From Lama guanicoe (taxonomy: Eukaryota): 64,000 nucleotides of DNA. The DNA lies in the NCBI GenBank assembly GCA_013239625.1, contig MU054117.1:1118001-1182000 (forward strand), read 5' to 3'. Below, in pieces: positions 52,901 through 64,000 of this stretch (its first letter is position 1; every line of letters begins with the position of its first letter). A program made the position numbers and the translations under genes. The notes beneath the pieces are model-generated. The model saw only the letters and a program-made list of their open reading frames with translations, did not search any database and was not told the DNA's origin.

Positions 52901-53049
52901 TCAGCTTGCTTCCTCTTCCCCCAGGTCTCTGCGCGGCTGGTTCCTCATCATTCAGGCCTCACTCATCTCATGTGCTCCCCCGAGAGGCTTCCTTCTACCA
53001 CTCTATCTAAAGAATCAGGGAGGGGACAGGGCACGGATAGGGGAGCACA

Positions 53050-54350
53050 GAGGGTTTCTAGAGCAGTGATGCCATACGGATGGACACACACCATTATACA
53101 CTCGTCCAGACCCCTAGGATGAGCAGCACCCAGGGTGAACCCCAGCGTAAACCCTGCACTCTGACTGATCATGATGTGCCAATACAGGTTCAGTCACAGC
53201 AAACGTACCACTGTGGTGGGGATGCTGATCGTGGGGGAGGCGAGGCAAGTGCGAGGACTGGGCGTATGTGCAAAATCTCGTACATTCCCGACTTTGCTGG
53301 GAACCTAAAAAAATGCTCCTCTAAAAAAAGGTCTTAAAAATAAAAATTTCGGAATATGACACCAACAGCACTAGACAAATCACTAGACAAGTAGGACTGC
53401 GTCACACTGCAAAGCTCCTGCACAGCAAAAACAACTGACAGTGACAGGGTAGCCTGTGGGACAGGAGAGGACATCTGCAAACCACACATCCGACAAGGGG
53501 TAAACATCCAAAATATATAAACTCCTATAACTCAACACATACACACACAAAAAAGCCTTAAAAATGTGCAAAGGACTTAAACAGACATTTCTCCAAAAGC
53601 CACACAAATGGCCGGCAGGTGTATGAGTGGGAAGCTCAACCTTTACTAATCATCGGGGAAATGCAAATCACAACGGCAGTGAAATGCCTGGGTCACACCT
53701 GCCAGGACAGCCATCATCAGAAGGGCGAACAGTGCAGGCGCTGATGAGGACGTGCGGAAATCAGCACCTCGCACGCTGCGGGTGGGAATGTAAAATGCTG
53801 CGGCCGCCATGGAAAGCAGTATGGGAGCTCCTCAAAGAACTAAAGTAGAACTACCATATGACCCGGTCATCCCACTTCTGGGTATTCATCCCAAAGAACT
53901 ACAGCATGTTATCTGAAGAGAAATCTCGAGCAGGATTCGCAACAGCCAAGAGGTGGAAACCACCTAGACAACCATCCGTGGATGGACATACACGTATCAG
54001 TCAACTACTCTTCAGCCTTCAAAAAGAAGCCCTGTCACCTGGTACAGCACAGAACGAACCTGAGGACACTGCGCAGTGAGAGAAGCCGTCGCAGGAGGAC
54101 AAACACTGCGTGATTCCATCTGTGTGAGGCACCTACAGCTGCCAGCTCACAGAAGCAGAAAGCAGGACGGTGGCTGCCCAGGGCCGGGAGGTGCGGAAAA
54201 TGGGGACAGGGCTTCGGTCGTCAAGCTGAAAAGGTTCGAGGGTCTGCGGCACAGCAACGTGCACACAGCCAGCAATGACGGGCTGGACACACCGACATTC
54301 AGGGCAGGCGATTTCACGCGGTGTGTTCACTGCAGTGAAGAGAAAAGGGA
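53050..54350 (+). mobile_element. Old LINE-1 (L1M-type) fragments
   Basis: Degenerate ORF2 3' motifs (ACAGACATTTCTCCAAA, GAAATGCAAATCA, CCATATGACCC, CTTCTGGGTAT). Confidence 0.8.
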
Positions 54351-55666
54351 ACCCCAGCGGTAGTGCTTGCTGGCTGAGCAACTGCCCTGGCCTTGGGAGC
54401 ACCTGAGGGAGACTCAAGCCGCTCGGCCTGGAGGGGGACGCGTCAGCTGCTACAACACAACGTTGTAAAAGGTCAACAAGAAAGCAAAGCCTTAATGCGG
54501 AAGGAAGTCCTTGCCCCAAGTATCTGTGAAACTTCTTTTAAAACAGTGATGCCAGTATGAAGGCCAAATCACACTAAACTTACTGTAAGCAAACCTTTTT
54601 TTAATCCTCTAAGTTAGGAATCTGTTCTGTGCAAGCAGGGACACACGTACACACAAGGACACAAGTCATCTTTCAATGTAGCACCATCTAGCCAAGAGTA
54701 TAACGTTAGCTTACAGAGTGTTACCAAGAATAAAAGAAGAAATACTCCGTTATTTCTACAGTGCTCTTGTGAAATTCTTACTAAAGACCTGGAAAGACAA
54801 GACAACCCTCTGGAGTTCAAACCAACACCCCTACTACCCACCCAGTGAGCTTATCTCTTAGGACGGTAGATGCAGTTCCAAGTAGAGGCTTTCAGTGCTT
54901 TTGACTACAAGCCTCAGTAAGAAATGTATGTAGTATTCATATCTAAAAACACATGCTTATCTACACAAAACTAAACAATTTCATCAAAGCACATAGTTTA
55001 AACGTATGTTACATGCGCCTCAATTTCTTTACCCTCTCTGCTGTCTAATTAGCACTGCTCTAGCACCAAAATACAGCTCACACAGTACCAATGGGCTCAC
55101 CAGTCTGAGAAACACTGCTTTGGAAACACAACACAACATGCTACATTAACTGCAAGGCTCCGAAGCACAGGGCAAAATGACGCTCACACTGCGCTCCAGG
55201 TACAGCTGCCTGAGGAACTGAGAAGCTGCTCTCTTCTGCGGGGAGTGAAAGACTAAAACCTGCCTTCTTTCCCCACAATTCTACTGACTCCCAAGGTATG
55301 CACTGGAGATAAACTCTATCTGTAGTTCCAGAAAGCAATTATTTTCTCCAAAAATAGAAGTGATAATGCCATCACCAAAGCGTTATAAGGGTCATACGGT
55401 AGCTACAAAAGCCCCATTTCCTGTTGTAAACAGGACAGGACAGAGTAAGTACAGTTTTAAGTGTCAACAGAAGAGGCGTGACTAACACCTAGCTAATTCA
55501 AGAGTAAGAGACTTCAAACTATCCTGAACAAAACTCACAAACGTGCTCAAGGCTGCTTTTCAGGCCAGCCTCATTTTAGCAAAGTCCCCACACTTCTTTC
55601 AATATCCTCCCTCCAGCCACATTCCCACAAACTTGTTTTACTTACCATCCTTTTGCTTGCACTTAC

Positions 55667-55837
55667 TTTCTTATGAGAGGAAGAAAGGGCAGCTGCCTCT
55701 ACCACAGGCCCCAGGTCTGCGTGGCAGGCGCCATCCTCATCACTCCTGCTGCCATCAAGCTGGTGCCCCTTCCTGAGCCTTATGTCTGGCTCTGGAGTCC
55801 TGCTGTACCCCAGTCGGTGTTCTGCTGTCTCGTTCAT
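55667..55837 (-). CDS. ADIPOR2: ADIPOR2 first coding segment (MNETAEHRLGYSRTPEPDIRLRKGHQLDG...SHKK)
   Basis: ATG at 55837 and donor AAA|gtaagt; the exon starts at 55923 (tttctctccttag|). The seven segments sum to 1161 nt, i.e. 386 aa plus stop. Exon 1 lies beyond the window. Confidence 0.95.
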
Positions 55838-57042
55838 GGGATACCCAAGCCTTTCTTACAAAGAGGTCTTTCTTTCTGTCCCTTCTTCTTGGGAGGATGG
55901 ACTTTTAGGATAGTGAGGTGACCCTAAGGAGAGAAAGCTTTGAATTAATATATTTGACTGAGTGCTGGGAGAAGACACAGGTTGTATTACTATACATTAA
56001 AACTTGAATTTTCTATAGTCATTAAGAACAATAAAATAATCATGTATTTTTTAAAAACCCTGTATTTGTTTTTTTTTTAAACCCTGTATTTGTTTACAGG
56101 AAGGATTGCCAGAATCTATTTTTAAATGAAAAAAGCAGAATACAAAAGACATGTTTAACATCTGCCCATTCATATTATAAAAATATTTAACTGCAAGTAA
56201 GTATACATGTACACAGAATAACTACTTAGATACTCAAAACTGTGTTCTTGGTACAGAAGCACACAGGGACGAATCTAGGAGTGAGAAGGCTTAGTTTTCA
56301 TTTTGTTCTGCCTGTATTTTTTTTTTTACAATATGCCATACTTTCTCAATTAAAAAACATACCTAACTGCAGAAAGAAATGTATTGCAACTACGTTTTAC
56401 ATACCCAGTTTCATTTAAATCATCACAATGAACCATCCTGTTGTTTTTATTTCTACTTCACAGGTGAGGAAACCAAAATTCACCATATTTCTACGAAATA
56501 AATAAGACGACGTCTCTGACTGAAGTGGCATATATTATTGGTAACGTTTTGATCTAAGTTGCTTGATGTCTGAAACGCCAATATTTTTTACCTGCTTTGA
56601 ACTCTGACTAGACTGCCCTGGAAGGCAGTACTCAGGCCTTTCACACCCCTGTGAGTCGCAAAAATTACGATGCACCTAAATGTTTAATGAATACGACAGA
56701 TGACATTCAAATGTTAAGTAGCAAAAAACACTTCCAGAAACCATCGGTATTTCTCTAAACTGGATTGCAGTAAGTTTCCTGGGAGCTTAATAATTAAATT
56801 AATAAAAATCCTTTGCCCTCTACCTCCTAACTCACAGTAAAAAAGCTTAAAATTTCAGAGATTTAAGTTACATATCCAAATAAGGTGATTATCACAGCCA
56901 ATCCAACTGGAAAGACTAAAACAGGAAGAGGCCAGGGGACATGCTATGCACATAAATCCCATGAGATTCAAAATTCTTACTGGGGGAGAGAAGGAGCAGG
57001 GCAAAGTGGGAGGGCCTGGATGCCATTAAAAAACGGCAAAAG

Positions 57043-57268
57043 GTTAACATCTGCCAATCTCAAAACTCCCAAACTTAACCCCCCACCCCCGCCACCACAA
57101 GGCTGTTTACTCTGCCTGCAAGTCTTTGTTTTGCAGATGAGTTCATTAGTAGTGTTCTCTTTCCTCCTTTTTCGTTTTTGGATCCCTCATGAGTGATATC
57201 ACACGGTACTTTTCTTTCTCTTTTTGTGACACATTGTAACTGACTATACTTCAATTTAAAAAAAAAAA
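57043..57268. mobile_element. Short LINE-1 3' fragment with an inverted 5' part
   Basis: 57043-57222 reverse-complements onto the L1 3'UTR at about 59590-59770. 57226-57268 matches the L1 terminus at 59924-59960, followed by poly(A). Confidence 0.8.
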
Positions 57269-57689
57269 GGTAAAGGAGTGTCCATATATATGGGTACGTG
57301 AGACTGAGAATTAGCTCAAGAGTTCGAATTAGAGTAAGAATTAGCCAACTGTTAGTTTCTTAAATCACTTTAGTTCACTGTGGATTTCTCCAGAGTCCTC
57401 TAAAGTTTTCAGAACAAGAACAAACACAAATCTTTAAGGATAAGCAAACCTGGGTATGTGCCTGTCACATAAGGGCCCAAGCAAGCACTCAGATCATAAA
57501 CTATGCTATCAATACCCAATTCTGAAGGAGGAAACAATGCTAGTGATTTATATTTACTTATTTATTTACAGCTCACAAAGCTGTTTCACACCCACTTCAC
57601 TGTGTTTCAGGGGAGAAAGAAGGACCTAACATTTATTGCAGATATACAGAGCTAAATTCTGTACAAAGAATTTACACGTAGTTTCTCAC

Positions 57690-57800
57690 ATAATTCTTAC
57701 ATTTAGTCGTCTGAGGTGTTCTACCCCCCCATCTGAGAGATGTGGAAACTGAGGCTCAGAGATTAGGTAACGTGATCAAGGCCGTTAGCCTCTAAGAGCA
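57690..57800 (-). mobile_element. MIR SINE
   Basis: GATGTGGAAACTGAGGCTCAGAGATTAGGTAACGTGATCAAGG. Confidence 0.65.
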
Positions 57801-59089
57801 GCTGGAAAAATAAACTGTTCAGCTGTACACAGATAAGTGACTGTCTTGCTATGAAGAGTAAAAATTAGGGAAAGTGGAGCTAGGCTTTAATTTGCTCTAA
57901 GATTCTTAACAGTAAAAAGGAGTGAGGTGAGAGATGGAAAGTAAGATTCCAGAGTACCATCATGTGTTATCAGAAGAGTTCATCTCTTCCTCAGAAAATT
58001 CTCACTGGTCAAGATTCTATGACCACTATGTGGTATGACACAGAGCTGCGGCAGGGCGGGGCGAGGAACCCAACATGAACAGAAAGCAGCTGGCAGGAAG
58101 GACGAGTGGCTGAGGGGTACTCAGTCTATGAGCAGATGCGGAAATCCTACGCAACCCGACCCCTGCACCTTCAGCAAGGTGCAGATCTAAGGTCGTAAAT
58201 TAAAATCTCTGGGAGGCCAGGAAGTGGTGATGAGGAAAGAAAGACAATACTACGGTAAGTTTTTCAAATTCCTGCACTGCCAACCACTTCCCTTGCCAGT
58301 TAATGAATGTGACAGAGGTCTTCCTTCCAGCATGGTTCTCTAAAGACTCGCCATCTGCCATGGATCTTTAAGGTTGTTTAAAAATTAGGATATCGAGTCT
58401 TCAAATTCTAAGGGCCAGTGGAGTAACGTCCCTTTGTACTAGCTGGGACAGAGCGAGTGGGGTGCAGCATTCTGCCTGGTGGTAGCACTTTCTAGCTCTA
58501 TAATTAGATTACTCAGCAGTAGAGGACAGGCTACAAAATATGTCCCATGGTTTGTCCTCTGAAGGGAAAGTAGCCAACCTCAAGGTGACCTGAAAGTTGC
58601 ACACTGAGATGATCCCAGTGTGGCCTGCCACTCCACGCTGAGGTATGCGTCTGAAGTTGGTGCACGCTACTGAGATTTCTGGTGTCAAGTTCACGCTCTC
58701 GCCTGACGGAACCGGAACCGCGTGCGGTACAAGATGTTCTACATGGAAGCGTGGCTATGCTGCCCCTTGTCACCTCCGCTTTCAGACTCCACTGTGACGT
58801 CAACACAGTGGATGCAAATCTGAACAACTAACAGTGAAATGAGATTATTTTTTAGGACGGTAAAGTTTATTTCAACAATGAGACCAGCAGGGTTATTAAA
58901 GGTACCAGGTTTTCTTCTGAGCAGTAGCTATTTTTTCTCTTTTTAAATCACTATTAAAAATAAGTACTAGATGTGTTACCCTGACTGGCTTAAGTCTTTA
59001 GAGAAACCTGCTGGAAAATTTCTGTCACACTAACTGGCAAGGAAAGGGGTTGGACCTCTTAAAATTAACACTTAAAAATCTTTACTACA

Positions 59090-59960
59090 AATGACCGATA
59101 GACACATGAAAAAATGCTCAATATCACTAATTATCAGAGAAATGCAAGACAAAACTACAATAAGGTATCACCTCACACCAGTCAGAATGGCCATCATTCA
59201 AAAGTCCACAAATGACAAATGCTGGGGAGGGTGTGGAGAAAAGGGAACCCTCCTACACTGTTGGTGGGAATGCAGTCTGTTGTAGCCATTGCGGAAAACA
59301 TCACGGAGATTCCTCAAAAGACTTACCATATGACCCAGCAATCCCACTCCTGGGCATATATCCAGAGGGAACCGTAATTCAAAAAGACACCTGCACCCCA
59401 ATGTTCACAGCAACACTATATACAACAGCCAAGACATGGAAACAACCTAAATGTCCATCGACAGATGACTGGATAAAGAAGTTGTGGTATATTTATACAA
59501 AGGAATACTATTTGGCCATAAAAATGATAAAATAACGCCATTTGCAGCAACATGGATGTCCCTGGAGAAGGTCATTCTAAGTGAAGTAAGACAGAAAGAG
59601 AAAAATACCATGTATCACTCATATGCAGAATCTTAAAAAAAAAAAAAGACAAATGAACTTACATATAAAACAGTAACAGATTCACAGACATAGAATACAG
59701 ATTTGTGGTTGCCAGGGTGGAGGTGGGAGGTAAGGGATAAACTGGGAGTTTGAGATTTGCAGATATTGACTGCAAATACATGAAGTAGATAAACAAGTTT
59801 CTACTGCACAGCACAGGGAACTATACTCAATATCTTGTAGTAACCGATGGTGAAAAAGAATATGAAAATAAATACATGTACATTCATGTATGACGGAAGC
59901 ACTGTGCAGTACGCTGGAAATTGAGACAACATTGTAAACTGACTATACCTCAATAAAAAA
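59090..59960 (+). mobile_element. Relatively young 5'-truncated LINE-1 (ORF2 C-terminus, 3'UTR, A tail)
   Basis: Frameshifted L1 ORF2 peptides ([15 protein letters not shown]..., [14 protein letters not shown]...KTWKQPKCPSTDDWIKKLWYIYT); ends GACTATACCTCAATAAAAAA. Confidence 0.92.
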
Positions 59961-62900
59961 CTAAACAAATGAGTAAGTTTTACAGTGATGGGGGAGAGGG
60001 GGGTCTTCAAAACAGCCCGCATCTATTTCTCTCCACTCCCACTTCCTGGTTCAAGGTGACGCCATCTCTCACCTGTCTGAGCTTGTGTCCCACCCCCCTC
60101 CCCTCCGACCCAGCCCTCACACAGCCACAGCAGGCACAGTGGTCCTGACCAAAAGGCACGCCCTTGCTGGGGGCCCTCCAACGGCTTTCCTTTACACCTA
60201 GGAAACCTCCTGCCCGGCTTATAAAACCCTAACTGACTTAGCCCCTCTCTCTGGCCTCCTTCTGAGCCACGTGGCCCTCGCCAACTACATTTCAGCCACG
60301 AGGACCGCCGCAGCTCTGAGGGCCCCGCGCAGCCTGGATGCCAAGGCCTGGGGAGCCTATGGCCCAGCTCTTCCCCGGGCTGGCCCCATCCCCACATGCC
60401 GATCCCAACGTAAAGGTCACCTCCTCAAAGAATCCTCCTCTGACCACATATCTCAGTCACTCTTGATCGCCTCACCTGTCCCTCTCCGTCACAGCCTGTC
60501 CCTGACACTTACATTTCTTTGCTTGCTAACGGTCCTCTCCCACGGGGCTGGAGACTGCTGAGAGAAGAGGCAGTATGCATCTCTACTCCTGCACGCCCAG
60601 CACCTGGAGCAGCCACTGGCGGACAGCAGGCGTACCCAGAAAACACGTGCCACGTAAGTAAGGAGCGGATTACCACCCCCACTTCAGAGTAATTTCATGG
60701 GCAGACACCAAGTTCCCTGACTTCCCCCTTCTCCTGACACAACCCCTTTACTCTTCTCATTCATTAACTCTACTTCAGCACCTGTTTAGTTTCTGTCACA
60801 GTGCCCGTCAGAATTTATTCCACGTGCTTGTTCACGTGCCTGTCTTCCCTCCTGAACAGAAAACTTCTCACGGTCAGAGGGCCCTTTTTCGGAATCCATT
60901 TTTGTATCCTTCTGCAGGATACACAGAAGGATCTTAAAAATCCTTGCTGGATGGGGGGTGGGATGGGCAGTGACAAGAAAAGCCAACGTGCAGTGAGCGT
61001 CACCTTCATGCAAAGAGCATTTCCCACAGATTCTCTCTTTAAACCCTTACAACAACCCTGGAAGATGGGTGCAAGCATTTCCTCCGTTGTGGAAATGACA
61101 ACATGCCCAGAGAGGTTATAAATAACTGGCCTGAGGTAAGTGGCAGCCTGATCTATCTAATCAATCCAGTCTGCCTAACACCCCGTTAATGCTCTTAGCC
61201 ACCACCTCCTACGCCACCACGAACAAGCTGTTCTTGAATAACTGCGTGACAGCACTTAGGTGACAAAACCAGGAGTTAACACTGACCGGACTCTGTGCTT
61301 TACAACAATATTGAAAATACTAAGAAACAGTCAAGAAATGGGGAGGAGCATGTAGCCTTGCTACTTACCAAAAGCAATAAAATGACTGATTAAAAGTGAA
61401 ATTCTACCCACCCAGAACATACCTGAATAGAAAACTGTCGATCAGAAAAACCTGGTAATTAGGAAAAGAATAACTGATTAAATGGGAAAAGTTCCCAACA
61501 TATGTTACTAACTGACACAGTCCTTAAAAAATGGCATAGCTGACAAGTGAGAAGCAGCAACACCGATTTTTAACACAGGCACTATCATGCTTTCAGGTTC
61601 ATAAAATCTTAACTGCTGTTAGCACAAGGAACATTTCCAATCAAACAACAGTTTTTGAAGATTATTCTGAAGTTGTAAAGACAGGCAACCTGCTGTGTCA
61701 TTGACACTGCTTTCTTTCCTAGCATCAAGTAGGGCAACTTTCAAGTAAAATCACCAGGAACCTCTTCTAATTTCTAACTATCCCACGCACAGAAACCAGG
61801 CAAATCTTACCTTGCAAAGCAGAATGGGGGAAAGCCAGGGAGAGCCTGTCACACCGGTTCTTTCTGCGCTCGTGGAAAAGGCCCAACTTGAACCTTCCTA
61901 TAAAGACTTCCAAAGTGATGAAAAGATATGAAGGGCTATCTGCTGAGCTGCTACGCTGGCCTTTCCACTGGATATCAAGTCCACTTTAGCCATTTAAAAT
62001 CCTTCAGCAACGTTTGTCAAAATTCATAGAATTGCACATATGAGAAACGGCAAATTTACTAAGTGTAAACTATAGCTTAACAAATTTGACCTTTCAAAAA
62101 CCTGACAATTACCATAAATGTGACCAGAACAATTGTTTCAATCTTCAGTTAAAAAATATATAAGTAGACTGTTTTGTCACGTCCCAAAAAGTACAAAGTC
62201 AAGTTCTAAGATATTGAAAAAAAACAAAGAGTCGGTCGGAGGCAGACGCTGAACTTCCTCTGAGTTTCTTGAGTCTTAGGACTCCAAGTTCAAACGCATG
62301 ATGTGGCCACCTCAAGAACAACAGACTTGCTTTTCAAGAACATGAAGTAGCTTAACTGCACTAAGCTGTCGCTCCACACCATCACGAAGCACCATTATGA
62401 AAGAGCTGCATGTCACATGGCAGTTTAGAACTCAAAGCAGATTGAAAGAAATCTACACTTTCTCATTCAACATCAAATGCTCCAAATTTAAACCACATGA
62501 GCTACAAATCAACCCCCTGAAAAGCAGGTGTACAAGCAAAAGGACCCTACTATTATATTGAAGTAAGTAAACACTTCTTAAAACTTATTTATAGTCCATA
62601 AATTAACTACATTTCTAATTTTTGCTAAAAAAAAAAAATATAAAGGCAGTTTCAAGCACCATAAGGTAAAAAAACGAAGCTTTTCATTTAACAAATATTT
62701 ATGTATAGTTTCTGTGTTGGGCACCCTTCTAGGGACTGATGATAGCTCAGCAATGAACTCATCAATATAAACATGTATTTCTAATATAAACACAATAATC
62801 TAATAATAAAGCTTACACAGTCAAATTAGTTCCCTAGTACCTTCAGAGACTAAGTGAAATTTTAACCAAACTCGGACCTATCTCCTGAGCAATATAACCT

Positions 62901-64000
62901 AAGCAGGGTCAACCACTAAAATGAAGGCATGTATTTTAAGGGATAAAAAGTCAATATTCCTTCAAATTCAGGCAGCCTAGAAAATGAAAAAGTGACTCAG
63001 AAAAATTTTAAAGACTTTAAGCAGTTCAAAAACTCCAAAGTGAACAACTACAAGAAAACAATGCTTTTCTTTCCATTCAAGTATTTATCAACTTAGGACA
63101 GTAAAAAAAATCCCAAGTCTTACAACCACCGGCTAGGCAGATGATCACCAAGTTGACTGGTCTCAAATTAAAATTTTACCTTATTTTCCAGTAGCAGGGC
63201 TTATGTTTAAGTAATTGTACCCATATTTAGAATGCTATCACCTCATCAGCTCATGCTGCCTGCTTACTTAAGGTCTGCTTACTGCATTTGGTTAGGAGCA
63301 CTTTCTCCATCTATCCTCTATTAAGAAAGAGACTTCTAGCCTTCTCCCATTTGGCAGACAATCAAGTAAGTTCACCACTTACACTAGCTAGGTGAATACA
63401 ATTTGTAGCAAAAGCACATACGCAAATAATGAAAAAGGTTACAAGAAAAACTGCTGAGACATTAAAGAAAATTATTCTTTAGGAAGCAAAGACTTGATAA
63501 ATATCAACAGCGTCCAGTACTGCGTTTGGCCAAGCGAGATTCATCTTTTAGATGTATCGACCCCGTAACATTTAGAAGTACTGAAAGTGTTAAGAAAAAA
63601 TTTTAAAGTAGAGTAATATTCTAAACTTGAATTTTCAAAGTTGTTCTGAAATGTAGTTCTAATATAACTGTAATATTTTTATTCATAGCTTTTTCGTCAG
63701 GAATGCCACATTAGGAAGAATCAAAGTTTAAACCTAAACATATTAACATCCCATACACAATGACTAACAGCAGTAATAGTATTAATTCTTTCCCATGCCA
63801 AACTGAAACAGCTCCAGTCACCTGTCACATTAACAGCTATAAACATTCTTCGTTTATCTTTAGTTTTCGTAAATTCAAAGAATGATGCAAAGGGCAATAA
63901 GCCAAACATCAATGTCATCCCACTTTAACTGACACATGCCATCAACCACCATAGCCAACATGACACAAGTACACAGTCAAGTCCAATTCTCCTCACTGCC

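Noticed and set aside
59091..59535. Host protein-coding ORFs
   Set aside because: These are frameshifted LINE-1 ORF2 C-terminal remnants.

Overview
Mammalian genomic DNA, probably camelid (two tRNA-derived SINEs resemble the Tylopoda vic-1 family), covering the LRTM2/CACNA2D4/ADIPOR2 neighbourhood. (1) LRTM2, minus strand: complete 370-aa CDS in 3 exons (6912-6846, 4902-4312, 1582-1128), plus predicted 5'UTR exons and a CpG-rich promoter near 13.1-13.6 kb. It is nested antisense in a long CACNA2D4 intron. (2) The last 12 coding exons of CACNA2D4 on the plus strand (19060-28613), including a 21-nt microexon and a U12-type AT-AC intron. (3) ADIPOR2, minus strand: complete 386-aa CDS in 7 exons (55837-34624), with a roughly 2.4 kb 3'UTR converging on CACNA2D4. 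The rest is intronic or intergenic sequence with L1, L2, MIR, MER and SINE fragments and a GC-rich minisatellite. Most ORFs in the supplied track are GC-rich noise. I found no wholly new gene system. The best leads are RNA-level features: a stop-free in-frame minor intron, splice-assembled uORFs in LRTM2, a microexon at the presumed alpha2/delta cleavage site, an in-frame alternative donor in ADIPOR2, a translatable VNTR, and an inverted (twin-primed) L1. Exon boundaries were read by hand, and gene identities rest on recalled orthologue protein sequences. Repeat boundaries and family names are approximate.
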